Positions 1 through 14,964 of a stretch of 64,000 nucleotides of DNA are shown one piece after another. The stretch is from Podarcis vaucheri (taxonomy: Eukaryota). Under the pieces are notes generated by a model. The model did not search any database and was not told the origin of the DNA. It worked only from the letters and a program-made list of their open reading frames with translations. Location of the stretch: NCBI GenBank assembly GCA_965113315.1, contig OZ220382.1; one strand, written 5' to 3'. Each line of letters opens with the position of its first letter. Position 1 is the stretch's first letter. The position numbers and the translations under genes were made by a program.

Positions 1-139
1 GGGGATGAAAGATCCATGTTGCCACATGGCAAACCATCAAACAAGCACTTTGTCACGCTCCTCACTCATTGGGCTTCTTACCTGGTCATGTGTAATGGTG
101 CAGAATCAAGAGAAGTGATCATGCCTCAAGTGTTAGATT

Positions 140-395
140 AGGAACATCAAAAGATCCTGCTGAATCAGGACCCATCTAGTCCAGCATCCTGTTCTCAGAG
201 TGGCTAACCAGATGCCTATGGGGAAACGTGTAAGCAGGACCAAAACACAAGAGCACTCTCCCTTCCTGGGTCTTCCAGCAACTGGTATTCAGAAAGCACT
301 ACTGTTCCAAACATAGAAGCAGAGCAGAGCCATTATGGCTAGTTGCCATAGATAGCCTTGTCCCCCAATAATTTTTCCAATCCTCTTACAATGCT
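140..395 (-). mobile_element. Old CR1-like 3' end; related copies near 3765-3990 (+), 20270-20570 (-), 48545-48845 (-), 55020-55230 (+)
   Basis: Shared sequence ctgctggatcagg..cccatctagtccagcatcctgttctcacagtggc..accagatgcc. Confidence 0.6.
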
Positions 396-3068
396 TTGCA
401 ATGTATGCATTGCAGGAAAAAGGTCCCATGTTCAATCTCTGGCATTTCCAACTTAAAAAATAAGTAAACCAGGTAGTTGGTAACATGAAAGAGCCTTGTC
501 CTAGATCTCTGACTGCTGTCAATCATCACAGGGCTCGTCCATACCTCCACTTGTCCAGTGCCTAGAAAGCACATTTCCAATAAGCTTTCTGCTTGGCCCA
601 CTCTTTTTGGACATAGGTCCAAGCAGTTTTGCCTTTGCCCCACTGCTTGCCCCAGGAAAACCTGCTCCTGTGTGCTAAATCAGAACAAATGGCAATCTGC
701 AGAAAACCTGATTGTTGTTGGCTCCAATTCAGTACTAATGATTGGGTTTCCCTGGGGAGAAGCAGCAGGGCAAACAGAGCTATGAATAAGCCCATAGACA
801 GTTCTGATCTGTATGGAAGAATTGTCTGCCCTGGTATAAGGCAGCTTCCTATGAAATGGCTAATAGGGTAGAAATCATGGGATCTCATAGTGGATGTGAA
901 ACCATAATCAGTGAGCCTAACCAGAACCTCAAAGAACTCCACTGGTACAAGATCCATGGGGAAGGAGAGGGGGAGAAGACTGCACTAGCAGGATGATTTT
1001 AAGATCTCTTAACATTGTCCTGTAGTAGAGCCACAGTATATAATTTAAATCCCTGAGTGGCATCCCTGATCCCTGCTCAACAGCACAGGAGTGTAGAAAT
1101 CAATATGAGCCTAACATGAAGATACCTAATGTCAGAGTAATGTCTAGCTTTGCGGTGCTCTGTAATAATACGCATTGTGCTAGCTTTTAGGACTAAGAGT
1201 GCTATTGTATTTATGACCCTCTGTGCGATGCTAAGAATTCCATTAAGTGCAAAGATAAAACAGCATAAACTTGGCCTACTAGTAAGCAATGTCACCTGTG
1301 GAGGGTGGGGTGGGAATAGGTCCACTGGGGGGGGTGGATCCCTTGAAAATGAGGCTTAAGAAGGTGTGTGGGAGAAGGGAAGTGGGGTAGACTTGTCGCT
1401 AAGAAAGCAATCCTAAACACAAGAAGCTGGCGTAAAGCAAGCTGGTGTAAGGTGAGCTGGTGTAAAAACTATACCAGATCCAAACCTTGTTCAGCTGCGG
1501 GGCTACAGCTCTACTAAAGCCTGGCAGAGGGAAACCAAGTCTTTAATGTAGTACTTTGCATTGGATTTCCAGGTCACATGACCAAGCTAAATGGGTTTAG
1601 GCTCCAGCTTAAATGCCTCCTCTCTAATCCTGCCACCAAAACGGAATGCTCCACTTTGGGGACTTCCACTGGCCTTGGCTGAGCCAATTTTGGCTCAGCT
1701 CATTGAGCCCTGGCTGAGCCAGGATGAGGAAGTTATGCCACTGTGTATCCAGATGAGCTGGGGTTGAGGATTGAACTGAATGTCTACTGCATCCTAAACT
1801 GCTTATCCTGGCACATCTTGCCATAGGATTCCCCCCAAAGTGATGGAGCTACAAATTGGGAAAATTCCCTTGTGCTGGATCCAGAAGCTGCATTTAGTGG
1901 CAAATGCTAATCGTACAGTTGCTGACAAGAGCCAAACCTTGTCAGCATGCAACACCTCTGCCCAGAGATGTGTCAGCCCCTTGGGGGTGGGGGTAACATG
2001 GTTGCCCAACCTTCCTGGGAGGGACCCCAATGCAGTATGACGTTGCTGACCTTGCAAGATGGGCCCTTCCAATCTGGAACCTGCTAGCTTCTTGTTTTTC
2101 CTGCCACAACAGGTAGGCTGATGAGGCCTCAGCTGATAGCATCTCTCCCCCTGCCTTAGATGCTCCTCTTCATAGGGCAGGTGGAACTGGTGGTCTCTGT
2201 GAGGGGGAAGGATGGGCCATGCCCAGTTGGTGAGAATGGAGACAATGGACTATGAATGGACAATGTTCTGAAACCTGCAAACTCCATGACATTTAGACTT
2301 TCCACAATGAAATCTTGGCATTCAGATCTTTCTCCTCTCCACTTACTGTATTTCAGTGCACAAACCAATAGAGTCGCTCTTTCTCCCACTGCAGTCAGGC
2401 TGAAGGAGATACTGAATTCTAAAGTGGCTCCATATTCTGAATATACTGTACTTAGTTTGTATAATGCAGACAGATGCATAAAGTTTTTTTTCTTTCTTTT
2501 ATTAGACCCCCACTGTAATTGTTAATAGCAAATTGCAAACCCATTCTTGAGATGGCAGGGGGTGGAGAAGAGAATGGCTGCCTCTGGTGGCACTAAAATT
2601 CAGGCAATGCAGCTTCTTTCCGTAGAAAATTACTCAGTCTGAAAACCACAAACCCATTTGATAATATTTATGTACAGGTTCCCTCATTTCTCCAGGAATG
2701 ACACTATGAAATTAATGCTCACTATACCTTGGAGAATCCTGGGACAATTTTTGTTATAACTTTCCAATATTCCAGTTTTAACTAAGGCGTATCTCAAGTA
2801 GGGCAGAATGATTTAAAATCAAGGCAATTTAATTCCATGAATGAGGCTGCAATCATATACCCACTTGAGCCATACTTCTGAGTAGACGTGCACAGGGCTG
2901 TTTTGTGAAATCATTGCTTTAAATCATGTGCCACTGAAACATCTTCATGTATTTCTTAAGCAATAATGCAATTCTTATCACTAACTCATGCTAATTTACA
3001 AATAAACAGAGTATTGTTTACACTGTGTATGAGGGGATACTGGATACTTCATGATTTTTTTAGATGTA

Positions 3069-3286
3069 CAGTGGTACCTCGGGTGAAGAACTTAATTCGT
3101 TCCAGAGGTCCGTTCTTAACCTGAAACTGTTCTTAACCTGAGGTACCACTTTAGCTAATGGGGCCTCCAATTGCTGCCGCCACGCAATTTCTGTTCTCAT
3201 CCTGAAGCAAAGTTCTTAACCCGAGGTACTATTTCTGGGTTAATGGAGTCTGTAACCTGAAGCGTCTGTAACCCGAGGTACCACTG
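3069..3286. mobile_element. Tc1/mariner (pogo/Tigger-like) MITE, 218 bp
   Basis: 16-bp perfect TIR CAGTGGTACCTCGGGT; TA on both sides. Confidence 0.92.
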
Positions 3287-6200
3287 TACTGATTTATACT
3301 AAGCTTACAATGTCCTTGGAACATAGAAAGCTTAGACCAATGGTTCATCTAGCTGCGTAGACTGCCAGTGGCTCTCCAGGGGATTATCCGGAGGTTGTAG
3401 AGATTCCACCTGGGACCTTCTGCATGCAAAACAGGTGTTCTACCCTTGAGCTACATCCTGCACAATACACTGCTGAATGGGTTGTTGTCTTGGTTACCTA
3501 CATTCAGAATTTTTAATATCAACCAAGTTCTTCTTTCAGAATAACAACATTTATATATTTTTTAACAAAAATAAAATTCATTTTGAATAGAAAAACCTAA
3601 TTTTAGTAGGAAAATTTGTATTTATTATTGCTTTTTTAAAAATTTATAAACAAATCTAACTTGTAGGTCTGTTCCTTCTCTACCCACATAGTCTGGATCT
3701 GAACCATGGCAACTTTGGGGTTACCAAATGCCTCCTTGATACTTAGTAATTGTATTTACTGTTTAAGCTAGGAGTAGACAAATTCATGGAGGACAAGGCT
3801 ATCAGTGGATCCTAGCCACAATGGCTGTTTTGTACCTCCACTTTCAGAGGCTATGTGCCTCTGAATTCCAGTTGCTGAGAATCCTAGTGCAGAGAGGCCC
3901 TCTTTGTGGACTTCTCATTAGGGCATCTGGTTGGCCATTGTGATAAAGAGGATGCTGAACTGGGTTAGCCATTGGCCTGTTCCAGCAGAGGTTATATATC
4001 TAGGGAGCAGGATTAGAGATAATGTTCATAATGCTCACAGTGGTTATGTTTCTAGTTTCTTTTCCACATAAACTGTGGGAGAATATCTAAAATCTACAAA
4101 TGTTCCATTCACCTTTAATTTCCCGATTGACCCATAATGGGCCAATAGCAGAAATAAAAGCTATAATGCGTGTGATGATGATTGTTGGCAAGAGAACTCA
4201 TATTGTGGAGTATGGTGTCCCCTCCTAGTTGTTAGGGTTGGAGCGATTATTGCCTGTTGCTTCAGCTAGGACAGGACAGTCTAACAACAGCCCTTGAACC
4301 CTGTTTTGGTGGCCCTCAGCAACATTTAACACACACCACAATCCTTGCACTGCCTTCCCAAAGCCAGGTAAGCGAGGCACTGGGCTTTGGGAAGGAAGTG
4401 TGAGCGCTCTGACAGGATCATCCTACCTCCTTCCCAAAGCCTAGTTAGTGCTTTCCCAGCTTTGGGAAGAAGGTGGGAGGGCTCTACAACCCTGTCAGAA
4501 CTTTAGCGAGCTTTGAGAAGACAGCATGAGGGCTGAGGGAGCATCCGAGTTAGGCCTCGCTCCCCCACAACCCCTCATCCAACAAGGTTCCATGCTGAAG
4601 TACTCTTGTGGCCCACTTGGTATGAAAAATTAGAGTGCCCTGAGCTAGGACCAAGTGCAAGATAGTCCCTCCCTTCTCAGAACTGCCTTCATTTGCACCA
4701 TTCCACCTGGATGAAAAAGGAGAGCTGAGGCAGCAAGGCCTCTTCCTTCAGTTTATTTGACTCCTCCCCCTTCCCAGAACTGTCTTCCAAATGGGCATGA
4801 TGCCCGAGAGTGTCTCTTTCTCAGTTTTATAGTAAATTGCAAGGCATTATTTTTACAATTAAATTGCAATACGTTATTTTCAACTGGAGACTGCCTCAAA
4901 CATTGGTAAATAGGTAGTATGCAAATGTAGTTAGGAAGTGAGCTAAATAGAGAGATGTGGCTGCTTCAGAGGCTGACATGAGACCCCCTCCATTGGGCTG
5001 GCCAAGTCCAGCTGCCCCTTCCCTTTTCAAGCTGCCTCACGTATGGGCTTGAATCTGCTTAGTTTCTCCTTCCCCCCTCATTTTCTTCCCCACTCCTCCC
5101 CAATGCCTATTAAATTGTAAACCATTACTTGAAACAGTGAACTGCCTTGAGTGCATTGTTCAGATACTAAATAAATACAGAAATATCCTGCAGCTAATGA
5201 AGGATTCATCAGGAATGGCCAAACAGCCAACCACCCGAGCCTTCCATCAATTCTCCCTTTCCTTTCACACTGGATGGGAAATGGCTACCAGGAGTTCTTT
5301 ATGCTCCCTGTAACCAGTTGATTAATTGACTTTTCTATGAACCTTGGTGACCTGAGGTTGAAATATCACCCAGAAAATAATGACAGAGGCCTTTTCCAAT
5401 GGAATAGCGCTATAAAAATGCCAGTAAACCATCAATGAGGCATCCATGTTCAAGTTCAGCTCCCCCTTAGAAGTCAGGGCAGGTAAGGAAAGCTTTCAGG
5501 CTTATTGCCTATCATCAGAGGTAATGTGTATAGATATTTCTTACAGCAGGCCAAGCCCGCAACTGCTGTCAGTGTGGCTTTTATGTTTCCTCTGTGGGCA
5601 AAAAACCTAAACTCTCAAGGGATTGGGGGTGGGGGTGGCAAAATGTAGTGTCATCCACAAGCACTGGAGGCCATCACAGGAACTAAACCTTAGCTTAGTG
5701 CAAACACTGTAAACATTGGTTATAGTTTGTGGTTGATCTGGAGAGAGCTTAACTATGAGCCTGGGTTCAGACACTACCTGACATTTCTTGTAGGAGACTT
5801 TACCCTTTCCATACTTTACATGAGTTCGGTTTAGGAACAAATACAGAGCCAACGCATGCTTCTCATACAATTCTGCTCTCACTATGCTGTCACATAAAGA
5901 AATGCTAGTGGGAACCGAGTTGTACATTTTGTCACAGGGCTGGCACCAATAATTGGCATGGTCAGCAATCTGCCAAGGGCTGACTCACTAGCAAGGGGGG
6001 GGCATTGACAAGAGCACCCTGCGTTGGGGGAGCCAATCAGGCACTGCTGTTGACATATTTGAGGGGACCAGGGCCCACCCAAGTTGATGGGCATTGTCAT
6101 TCAAATGATGTGTCCATGCGTGCCTTCTCCCAATATTTTATTCAAGTTGGCACTCCTGCCTGCTGATGTGTTTGCACTTCATGGACCACCCCATCACTTT

Positions 6201-6424
6201 GTCCTTCTCTCTTCTGATATGTAACAGTGCCCCACCTGCTGGGAAGCTAGCATAGCAGCCCCTCCCCTCCTGACAAACTGATTCTGCCACAGCGCCACAT
6301 TCAGGAATAGATTTCCAAAACCATTGATTGTTTTTACAAGCTTATGGTCACTCAGCTGTTGTCAAGAGCCTACCTCTTAATTATCCAATTAAAAAAGCAA
6401 ACATTTATATCTCACCTTCCTCCC

Positions 6425-6520
6425 AGACACACAGTTCCCAAGTGGTCTCCCATCCAGGTACTAACTGGACCCAGAATTGCTTACCTTCTGCAATATGACT
6501 GCATCATCTGCCTCCAGAGA
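6425..6520 (-). mobile_element. 5S rRNA-derived fragment (5S-type SINE head or pseudogene)
   Basis: ttcccaagtggtctcccatccaggtactaac...tgcttaccttc is the reverse complement of the 5S internal control region. Confidence 0.65.
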
Positions 6521-6912
6521 CTCTTCTCAAAGTTGAATGGGGAGCCATCTGAGTGGGAACAGTACACTTCTTGAACTGAACCATTCATGTAGTTCTTTGG
6601 ATCCCAGCCCTGTTCTTTTCCAAACTAAATGGAAACGGATTGTGCAGGCACTCTAAATACTATCAAAGTCAGGAACTATATTTCCTGGAAGGCCAGTTTG
6701 ATAATGAAGTCAAGTATGGAAAATGAAGGCCCAGACCTCTCTCACTAAGTAGCACACTGGCAAGTTCTGATACCATCAATGTGTCTGAGAAAATAGAAAC
6801 TAGTGGCTATCATTGTGTCCTTACGCTGTTGTCTTAGGTTTTATAGGTCAAAAGCAGCCTTTTTATTGTAAACCTGAGTCCACAGGCTTCCTTCCCCCCC
6901 CCCTTTCTGATA

Positions 6913-7137
6913 CGGTGGTACCTCGGGTTACATACGCTTCAGGTTACATACGCTTCAGGTTACAGACTCCACTAACCCAGAAATAGTGCTTCAGGTTAAG
7001 AACTTTGCTTCAGGATGAGAACAGAAATTGTGCTCCGGCGGTGCGATGGCAGCAGGAGGCCCCATTAGCTAAAGTGGTGCTTCAGGTTAAGAACAGACCT
7101 CCGGAACGAATTAAGTACTTAACCCAAGGTACCACTG
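6913..7137. mobile_element. Same MITE family as 3069-3286, opposite orientation
   Basis: TIR c(g)gtggtacctcgggtta / taacccaaggtaccactg; TA TSD; interior is the reverse complement of the first copy. Confidence 0.9.
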
Positions 7138-9689
7138 TATTGCATAAGCTTCTCTGGGAGCCTTTTTGGCTAAATGATGAGGCTAAAAACAGCTTTAAAT
7201 AAATACATGAAATTTAAGTATTACATATATTTGCATAGTTTATTCCCTCAGTAAAAATAAGAATACCTGGTTCCAGATTCCGAACAAATTTTGGGCACTG
7301 ATCTCTAAATGACCTGGGAACAATCAACCATGAAAAGAAGAAGAAAAGGATTAAAATTCTTTAAAACAAACATTCAACACTGACAGCTGGCCTCTGTCAG
7401 TGTTTCAAAGTAGAATTAATCTCCTACCCACATTTTATTTTATTCTTTAGGCTAATATGAGTGACTTAAGCTTTTGTAAGGGGCACAGTTGTATATTCTG
7501 TTCCAAAATGATTTCCCGTTCCAAGTCCCTAACTTGAAATCAATCATACAGAGGAAATACTAGTCATAATATGCAATTTCTTGTTCTGAAATTGAAAACA
7601 TAAAACCTTGTTAATGATGATGCAGTTAATTTAAACACAAGATTTTTTAAAGCTCAGAACATTTGTATTCCTGCCAGTAGCTAAGGGAAAACGTTGATTT
7701 TTCCTAGAAAACCCACAAGTGGAATTACTGTAATCTCTCTCTCTCTTTCTCTCCCCCCCCACCTTTTCTGAGCTGTGAGGTTAGCCTGAAACAGGCCCTG
7801 CAAACAGGTATAGATTTATGTAGATTAATGTGATGTAGTCGGCTGAATTGCTGATATGATGTATATTTTAGTATTACTTCCTAGCACAGGCTAATGGCTG
7901 GAATCAAATAAAACATAAAAGCAGATTTATATAGATTGCTGAATAAATCAGATAAAGCTTTGTGTTAGCTACCCTTTGAGAGGGGAAGCTTTTTTCTCCC
8001 CATAAACAATATAGAAGCTTTTCATGTAATATCATTTCTAATGTAAACCATTCTAAGAAAAAGATGGAATGGAGGCAAGGAGCTCTAAAGAGGAGAGAAG
8101 TCTATTGTGTTTAGCCATCATTAACTATAATATGGCCTGACAAGTTTCTTACTCATTTAATGGTGGGTAGGATGGCACTGTATTTAGGAACTGATCAGTT
8201 TGGATGGTACATTTGAATCCTGAATTACAGGTAGACTGTTTCAGAGGCAGCAGTGAGCTAATGGGGCACTGTCCCACAACCTCCAGTCTTCCATTGGCCT
8301 GCCTCCGCCTGCCTTCCTTCTTACACCCAGTCCAAGGGGTGGAATAACTGTCAGCTTCCTCCTCTTCAGTGATGCCCTTATAGAGCTCTGTTGTGAGGAC
8401 AATGGGAAGAATTAGAATTAGTTGGCTCTGCCCATCATTGACTCCATTTGCTGTTGGACTCTTTGCTTTCTGCTCTGCCAGTCCCAATAAGCACCAGCCA
8501 CCACTGGGTGTCCACCTGCTTTCCAACTTTTGGATGGCTGAATTGCATTTCGCAAATGTGTGTCCAGAGCTCCCTGAAGAGCTATGAATACCAAGTGCTA
8601 CAGGTTATGGTTAGTGAAGAGGAGGGTGTAAGTATGAACGCCCATTAGACAACACATGGAGTCTTGGTAAGCCGAGATTAGGCTTAGCGTAACATGAGAA
8701 CCAGACCAGTGTCTCCATTTCCCCTTCATAGCAAGACTGCAGATTCTATGAAACCAATCTGCAATATGAGAGACTGCACTCCATCTTCAACAGTAGATTG
8801 CAGATTTTCCTGCTGCTTTTCATGTACTATCAGTGTGATATCTACCTTTTCCATTAACCCATTCAGATAATTTGTTTCACATTGCAATAGGGTTGTATTT
8901 AAAAATATACCAACAAGCACCCCACCATTTGTCAACTGAGTTGATTGAGCATCTTCATTTTTTAAAAAATTGAAAATAAAAATGTTTTAAAAGTTGAACA
9001 AATAGTTATATCCTCCTGGGTTTGACTGTTTTCCCTCCTGAGGAGGAGATTGCAAAATTTAGAAGAACTAAATTAATGAATTACAAATTTATATATTTTA
9101 AGGGAAGTATCCTTGCATATGAACCACAACTGCTTTACTCAAAGCACACAGTGAAATTTGTAGTGAGATTTTTTGACCTAGTGTAGTGTAATTTGGAAGT
9201 TTTTTAATTGTCCACAAGAGAGAACATATAGGTTCTTTATTTATCAATATCTTTTCATGCCAACACATGTGGAAAATGAGAAACGAGTAACACAATGAAA
9301 GGTTTAAAGGTTTTACTCATGACATACAGTTCCCACTTTAGAGCTGTTATAGATCAATTGTGGAACAATTACAGGGTGAATAACTAAGGATGAACAAAAA
9401 CTAAATCTTTGCTTTGGAAGAATATGGTGTGTTTTTTTTTAAAAAAAAGGCATGGATGTGTGTGTTTTTTAAAAAATCAATCAATTCAGGGGGTTTTTAT
9501 TGCCATGTCAAAAAGTATTTACTGACAAGAAAGGCCTGTCTTTTTTTTGTACATATCTTTCTTCAACTGAGGGTTGCATTGAAAATTGATAGACATGACT
9601 AGCTTTGATAAAATAATTTCTATGGGTCTACTTTGAGAATATCATACTTGTATACAACCCTGACATCCTTAGATTCTCCTGGAACATGT

Positions 9690-9693
<4 letters not shown>

Positions 9694-9736
<43 letters not shown>
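9694..9736. repeat. (TG)n microsatellite
   Basis: Seen directly. Confidence 0.95.
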
Positions 9737-11603
9737 GATAGCCATCTTTAATTCCCATAGTATTTCATCCCTGTAGCATTGTGGAAGAACTTTATGCCAA
9801 GAAAACTCACAGGAGACTGAGTGACAGATCAGACTATTGTCCCACATCCCCTATTCTACTAAATCACAATTTTCTATGGATGGAAGGTGGCTATTGTGAA
9901 GCTGTCAAATGCAGGGAAGTTAAATGGGCTGAAGTGAAGGCTCATGTTAACAGTAGTAGCTATCTCTGTCAAAGGAACATGTGGGTGACAGTTACAAGGC
10001 AATTCAGCCCTGATGGGTGGTCGATTAAAAACAACAACAACAAGTGGACTCAAAGCAGAGGGGAAGCCCCTGTTTGCTTTGCAGTAGCCCCAAGCGGGAG
10101 AGGGAACCAGAGTCCCCCTTTGAAACCAATGTGATCTGCATGAGCTTGTTGGAAGAGCAACGAGTTAGGGCCCAATCACAATGACATGACTTATTTACTT
10201 CTGGAGATGGGACTGAGGTTTGTTTGTTTGTTTGTTTGTTTGTTTTTACTTGGTGTGGAAATGATGCAGTGTCATAAAGTGCACATGGTCTTCTAAGACG
10301 CATAGATATTTCCTTACTGTGGTTACAGAGGAAATTGAAATGCTACCAAGGAAATTGCTCAGAGTTCTGAATCTTTGCAGTTGCTTTTAATTTAACACCT
10401 TTGATCACTTGCAGACTACACCCTGCCTAAGGATGTGAAGGTTATCCCTGAATATTAAGGAGGGCTATAGGTAATGAAGAAGCAAAGCTTAAAGAAGGAA
10501 GATTGTGCCCATAGGGCAGAGGTGCACATTACCTGAGTGACTTGTTTCCCTGTCCAGATTATCCTCAGCTGAGTGAAGTGGGCCAAAAGAAGCAGCATGT
10601 GTTGGCTTAATGGTCTGAAGCAGGATTTTGGCCATTTTCTATCTCATTCTAGACATGGTTACTGATGGCGCAGATATCAAGATGTGGATTTGGATCCACC
10701 CAAAGGACTGAGGGAGTTCATTATTTATGGTGCCTTTTTGGAGTCTTTTTGAAGAGATTATGGGTTCTGAATGGGAGTGAGGGGAACCCCAAAGACCCCA
10801 GGGTTCTGAGGTGTTCCCAAGGCATGCAACAGGGATAAAACAGGGAGCCTATCTATGCTGACTGAGATCACTGGTCCAACCAGCTCAATATTGTTGTGCT
10901 GTGGCTTTTTCCCACCCTACCTAGAGACAAGAGAGGTTGAATGTGCTGGTTAATGATGATACAGTATATCTGGGAGGGTTTCCACCTGTCACTAGACTCA
11001 CTACCTCCATAAACTTAGGAAACTGGCATAGCTTCCCCCTGTCACATATGGTGTCAGTTGCCACTCTTCCACAGTGGGGAGACGATCCCCAAATCATTGT
11101 TAAAGAAGAGCAGGGTGATCCAACCTGGTTAAAATAATATTTTACAATGCGTTGCTATAGCTGTTACTTTTCATGGTTGGAGAAGAGAACCAGTACTGAC
11201 AACTAGCAAAGGCAGCTGACACCCACATAAAAATGGTTGGGCCCATGGTCAAAAGTGGATCAATCAATGGATGTGGCCTGCACGACTTCTACATCCAGGG
11301 CGAGCAAGTGGGATCATCATAGATCAAGACAGGCAAAAACTATAAATAGAGGTTCAGATTTGGGTTGTGGAGGGGGAGGAGCCTGGGAAGGGCATGCCCT
11401 ATGGAGAATCCAGAGGACCAGACAGAGAGACATGGCATTAGATTTGCATAAGCATTGCATGTTCTCATTGTACGCGTGTGAAGGAGACTGTGTGCTCCAT
11501 GGTGTGGTCCACAGAGGAGAAGCTGTGCTCAGACTACTGTCCAGGTGTTAATGCTTGAGACGCACTCCAGCTCTGCAGTTTGGTCCTTTATCTTTACAGT
11601 GAA

Positions 11604-11790
11604 GGGCCATAGCTCAAGATACAGCATCTGCTTTGCATGCAGAAAATTCAAGGTTCAATCCCTAGCATCTTCAGAGAGGGCTGGGAAAGGCTCCCTAAAA
11701 CCATGAGAGCATCTGCCAGTCAGTGTAGACAGTACTGAGTTAGAGGGACCAATGGTCAACTGGGTATAAGCGAGCTTCCTACATTCCTAT
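11604..11790 (+). mobile_element. tRNA(Ala)-like SINE (Squam2-like); further copies near 15595-15791, 23227-23424, 28415-28572, 45186-45363 (+) and 3318-3455, 62700-62830 (-)
   Basis: Shared consensus tagctcagtggcagagcatctgctttgcatgcagaaggtcccaggttcaatccc...ctgccagtcagtgtagacaatactgagctagatggaccaatgg...gcagcttcctatgttcct. Confidence 0.75.
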
Positions 11791-13443
11791 CTTTAACATG
11801 GATTTTGACCTCAGGTTCCCCACTGTTGATTACTAAGTATTTTTCAGCTGGTTGGTTGGGCTTTTTTTCTAATGCCTGTTTTGATTGGCGTTAGATTTCT
11901 TCCTTGGCGATTATATGTTACTATTTGAAGATATGGTACAGATTGCATTAAGGTTTTTACTTTCTTTTCACACACACACACGTTTCCTTTCATTAGAATT
12001 CCTCTCTAATTAGCTATCGCTGTGTCTTCATCGTTGGTGTTCTCCAGGCAGGTAACCAAGTATTTAGCTAGACAACAAAACAAACGTCAGAAGTCGGTGA
12101 AAACAGTCTTTGAAAAGACATAGGAAATAATAATTTGCCATTCTGAACCCCAAGCCCAATGTGGCATTGTTGTTTTTTAACAAACAACAACATAAACCTC
12201 ATATGCTATAATACTGCAGGGTAAACAAACTTTCTGCAAGAGCTAACTATATCGTGAAACATGGATAACTAGCACAGAAGGGGCTGTGAATTCCTTTCAC
12301 AGCCACAATTCACCACGCTGAAGGGAAATTCTCCTGGATTCCAGGCAGCTCAAGATTGGGGCTCCAGCCAAATACATCAACAACAACAAAAGTTTTGAAC
12401 TGCCTAGGGAAATACAAGCCTTGTACTGTTACTCAGGGGTAAAATGTGCTCAGACAGGCTGGAGCCCCTTATAAAACAATAGGATCAAATTTTTCAATCA
12501 GGTTATCAAGCAATATTACATTTACAGAGCTTGCCAAGGGAAAAAAATAGTATCTCAATCAAACACAAAATGTGGAAGTTGAAACAAATATGTTTTCATT
12601 TATCTTTTGTGTTTTCTTTTTAAGAGGGATACTCTTGTGATTTATGTGCAGTTGCCCCTTATTCTCTCTAGTTAACTGCACCATGAACAGCACGCATACC
12701 TTTATAGGAGTGCCAGGTGTCCTGTTTCACTGAGGACACCCCTCTGCTTGAAAGGCTATTCAGAGATCAGTCCTCTATTTAAAGGCATCCTCTTACTGTT
12801 GCACTGTCTAGTCCAGGTACAGTTTAAAGACAATAATTCTTAGGAAGGGACAGCAGGGGGACTTGAAATGACCCATTAGCAGTTATCACCTGGACAGCAG
12901 ATGGACAAGGTATACAAGCCAGCTAGTCAGTCTTCTCCACCCCATTAAGGTTGGTTGCATTTCTATTTAAATGATGGCAGATACTGCTGAATTTGTATAT
13001 AAATTAGCAAATGCAAATTGCATGCAGATGCCTGTCCTCCCGTTGTTGTGACTTGTAAGTAACCAGCCTACATACTTTGCTTCATTTGCCTCAGTCGCAC
13101 AGTAACATTCTAGGTTGGTGTTCCAGGTTACGTATTATAAATCTACCTTAAACTAAGGTCATCCCACTGGTCCATCTATCCAAATACTTTCTGCTGCGAG
13201 TGGCAGTGGCTTTCCAAAGCATACTCTTGAGAGCTATTGGCAGTCAATGCAGAGTCTTATACTGTGGGCACTACTGACCTAGATAGTCCAATGATCTGAT
13301 TTGTTATAAGGCAGCTTCCAATGTTCTCAATAACTCTTTATCCCGATCTGCAGAAAGGCAGTCACACATTACCTTAGATGCTCCTTTTCTTAGCAACCTG
13401 GACCAGGAACACAACAGTAGGCAACGTGTCAAAGCCCCCGTAG

Positions 13444-14144
13444 TGTCAACAGACTGTCAAGAATGCAGATTCATCAACAGGTCAGGAAGAGGACGAAATG
13501 CAGATTGCAGACAGCTTTAATTCACAAAAGTGAAAACACAACATCCAACCTGCCCTAGTTGAAGACATTGCTGGGAATGGTGTCTGGCCCCTCCTTCCTT
13601 CTCTAGCCCTCTCCCTCTGGACTCCTCCCAAGCAGCCGTAAACTCTGGCCCATTGCTCAGAAATGTGCAAGGCTCGTCATGATCTGGGTATCAGTGGAGG
13701 AGAAGAGCTAGCTGAAGAAGGGCTGTCTGAGGCAGCATCTGGCTCCTCTCTGGCTGAGGCTGGATCCACACTGATAAAAGTAATATAGCCCTCAATGCAA
13801 TTTCCCATTGCCGATGGATCGCTGCTTTACAGCATCCTCTGATGTCACATTTTTAAAAAGCATCTTTAATGTTATATCCAACCAGTGTAGATGCCCAGAG
13901 TCTGCGCTCACACTGAGACCTCGGTGCCCAGCCCTGTCCTGAAACGGCTTTCTCCTTCTGTACCGCCCCCATGTTCACTCAAACCTCCTGCTTCTATCAC
14001 CTCCCAGGTTGTCCCTTCCGCAGACTGGTCCTCAGTGTCCCACCACCACTGTCCTACGTCTAAGTCTTCTTCCTCTGCATCATCCCTGGGGGTTCTCGGG
14101 CTGGCGTATCCTACCACTCTTCATCAGCCAGACAGTCCCTGACA
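13444..14144. mobile_element. Probable solo LTR, 701 bp
   Basis: TGTCA...TGACA termini; 5-bp flanks cgtag / cctag (one mismatch); GC-richer than surroundings. Confidence 0.55.
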
Positions 14145-14912
14145 CCTAGATCCCCCCCCATGCTAGAATCCCAATCTGGATCAGTCCCCCTATACATACA
14201 TATCATTGCAACAATGCCCCCCTCATGTTTAACAAGAGCTCTTTTTAAATACAGATTTCAGGTATAGATTGTGCATGTCCATCACCAGTTTTCCTTGTGA
14301 AGGGCTGTGTGGAGCAATGGGTGTTTGGTCTGTGCGTATGGTTGCAGTCTGAGATGTGTGGCCTGTTTAGGTGATTTCAGTGTATATATGTGTGTGACCA
14401 CAGTGTGGGGGGGGCAGTTGGTATGTGTGTGGTGTGTGTTCGTGTGGTTGCAGTGTGAGTGGGTGGCTTATCTGCTGTGTAGCAGTCTAGGATGAGTAGC
14501 AGGTTTGTGTGGTTGTGGTACAGGGTGAGTGCTTCTGTGTGCATGTTGGTTTTCCTCATTTCAAAATAAATAAATATCAGAAACCTGTCAGAAAAGGCAG
14601 GTTTCAGCCGCCTAGTGAAGCAGTTAGAAAGTGTGCAGATAGCATCATTGCAACCCTCTAATCAAAACTATATTGCAGTGATCTGCAGTACTATATTTGC
14701 TTTCTGAGAAATCTAATTAAAATCAGTGGGATTTGCATTTGGATAAGCATAGGCTAGGATCCAAAAAACTGCACAGCTCAGTGAGCATAACCAGCGGGCC
14801 ACTAGTGTTTTTCAGGCAACCCTATTTGATTTCTTGTGACATCCCTGCTCAGAGGATCATCTTCCAGCCCACCTCATCAAAGACAACGTGTTAGCTTACC
14901 CCACCAAATGAG

Positions 14913-14963
<51 letters not shown>

Positions 14964-14964
14964 A
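14913..14964. repeat. Compound (CT)n(CA)n microsatellite
   Basis: Seen directly. Confidence 0.95.

Noticed and set aside
11604-11680. Functional tRNA genes at SINE heads
   Set aside because: Degenerate stems and continuous with SINE bodies.
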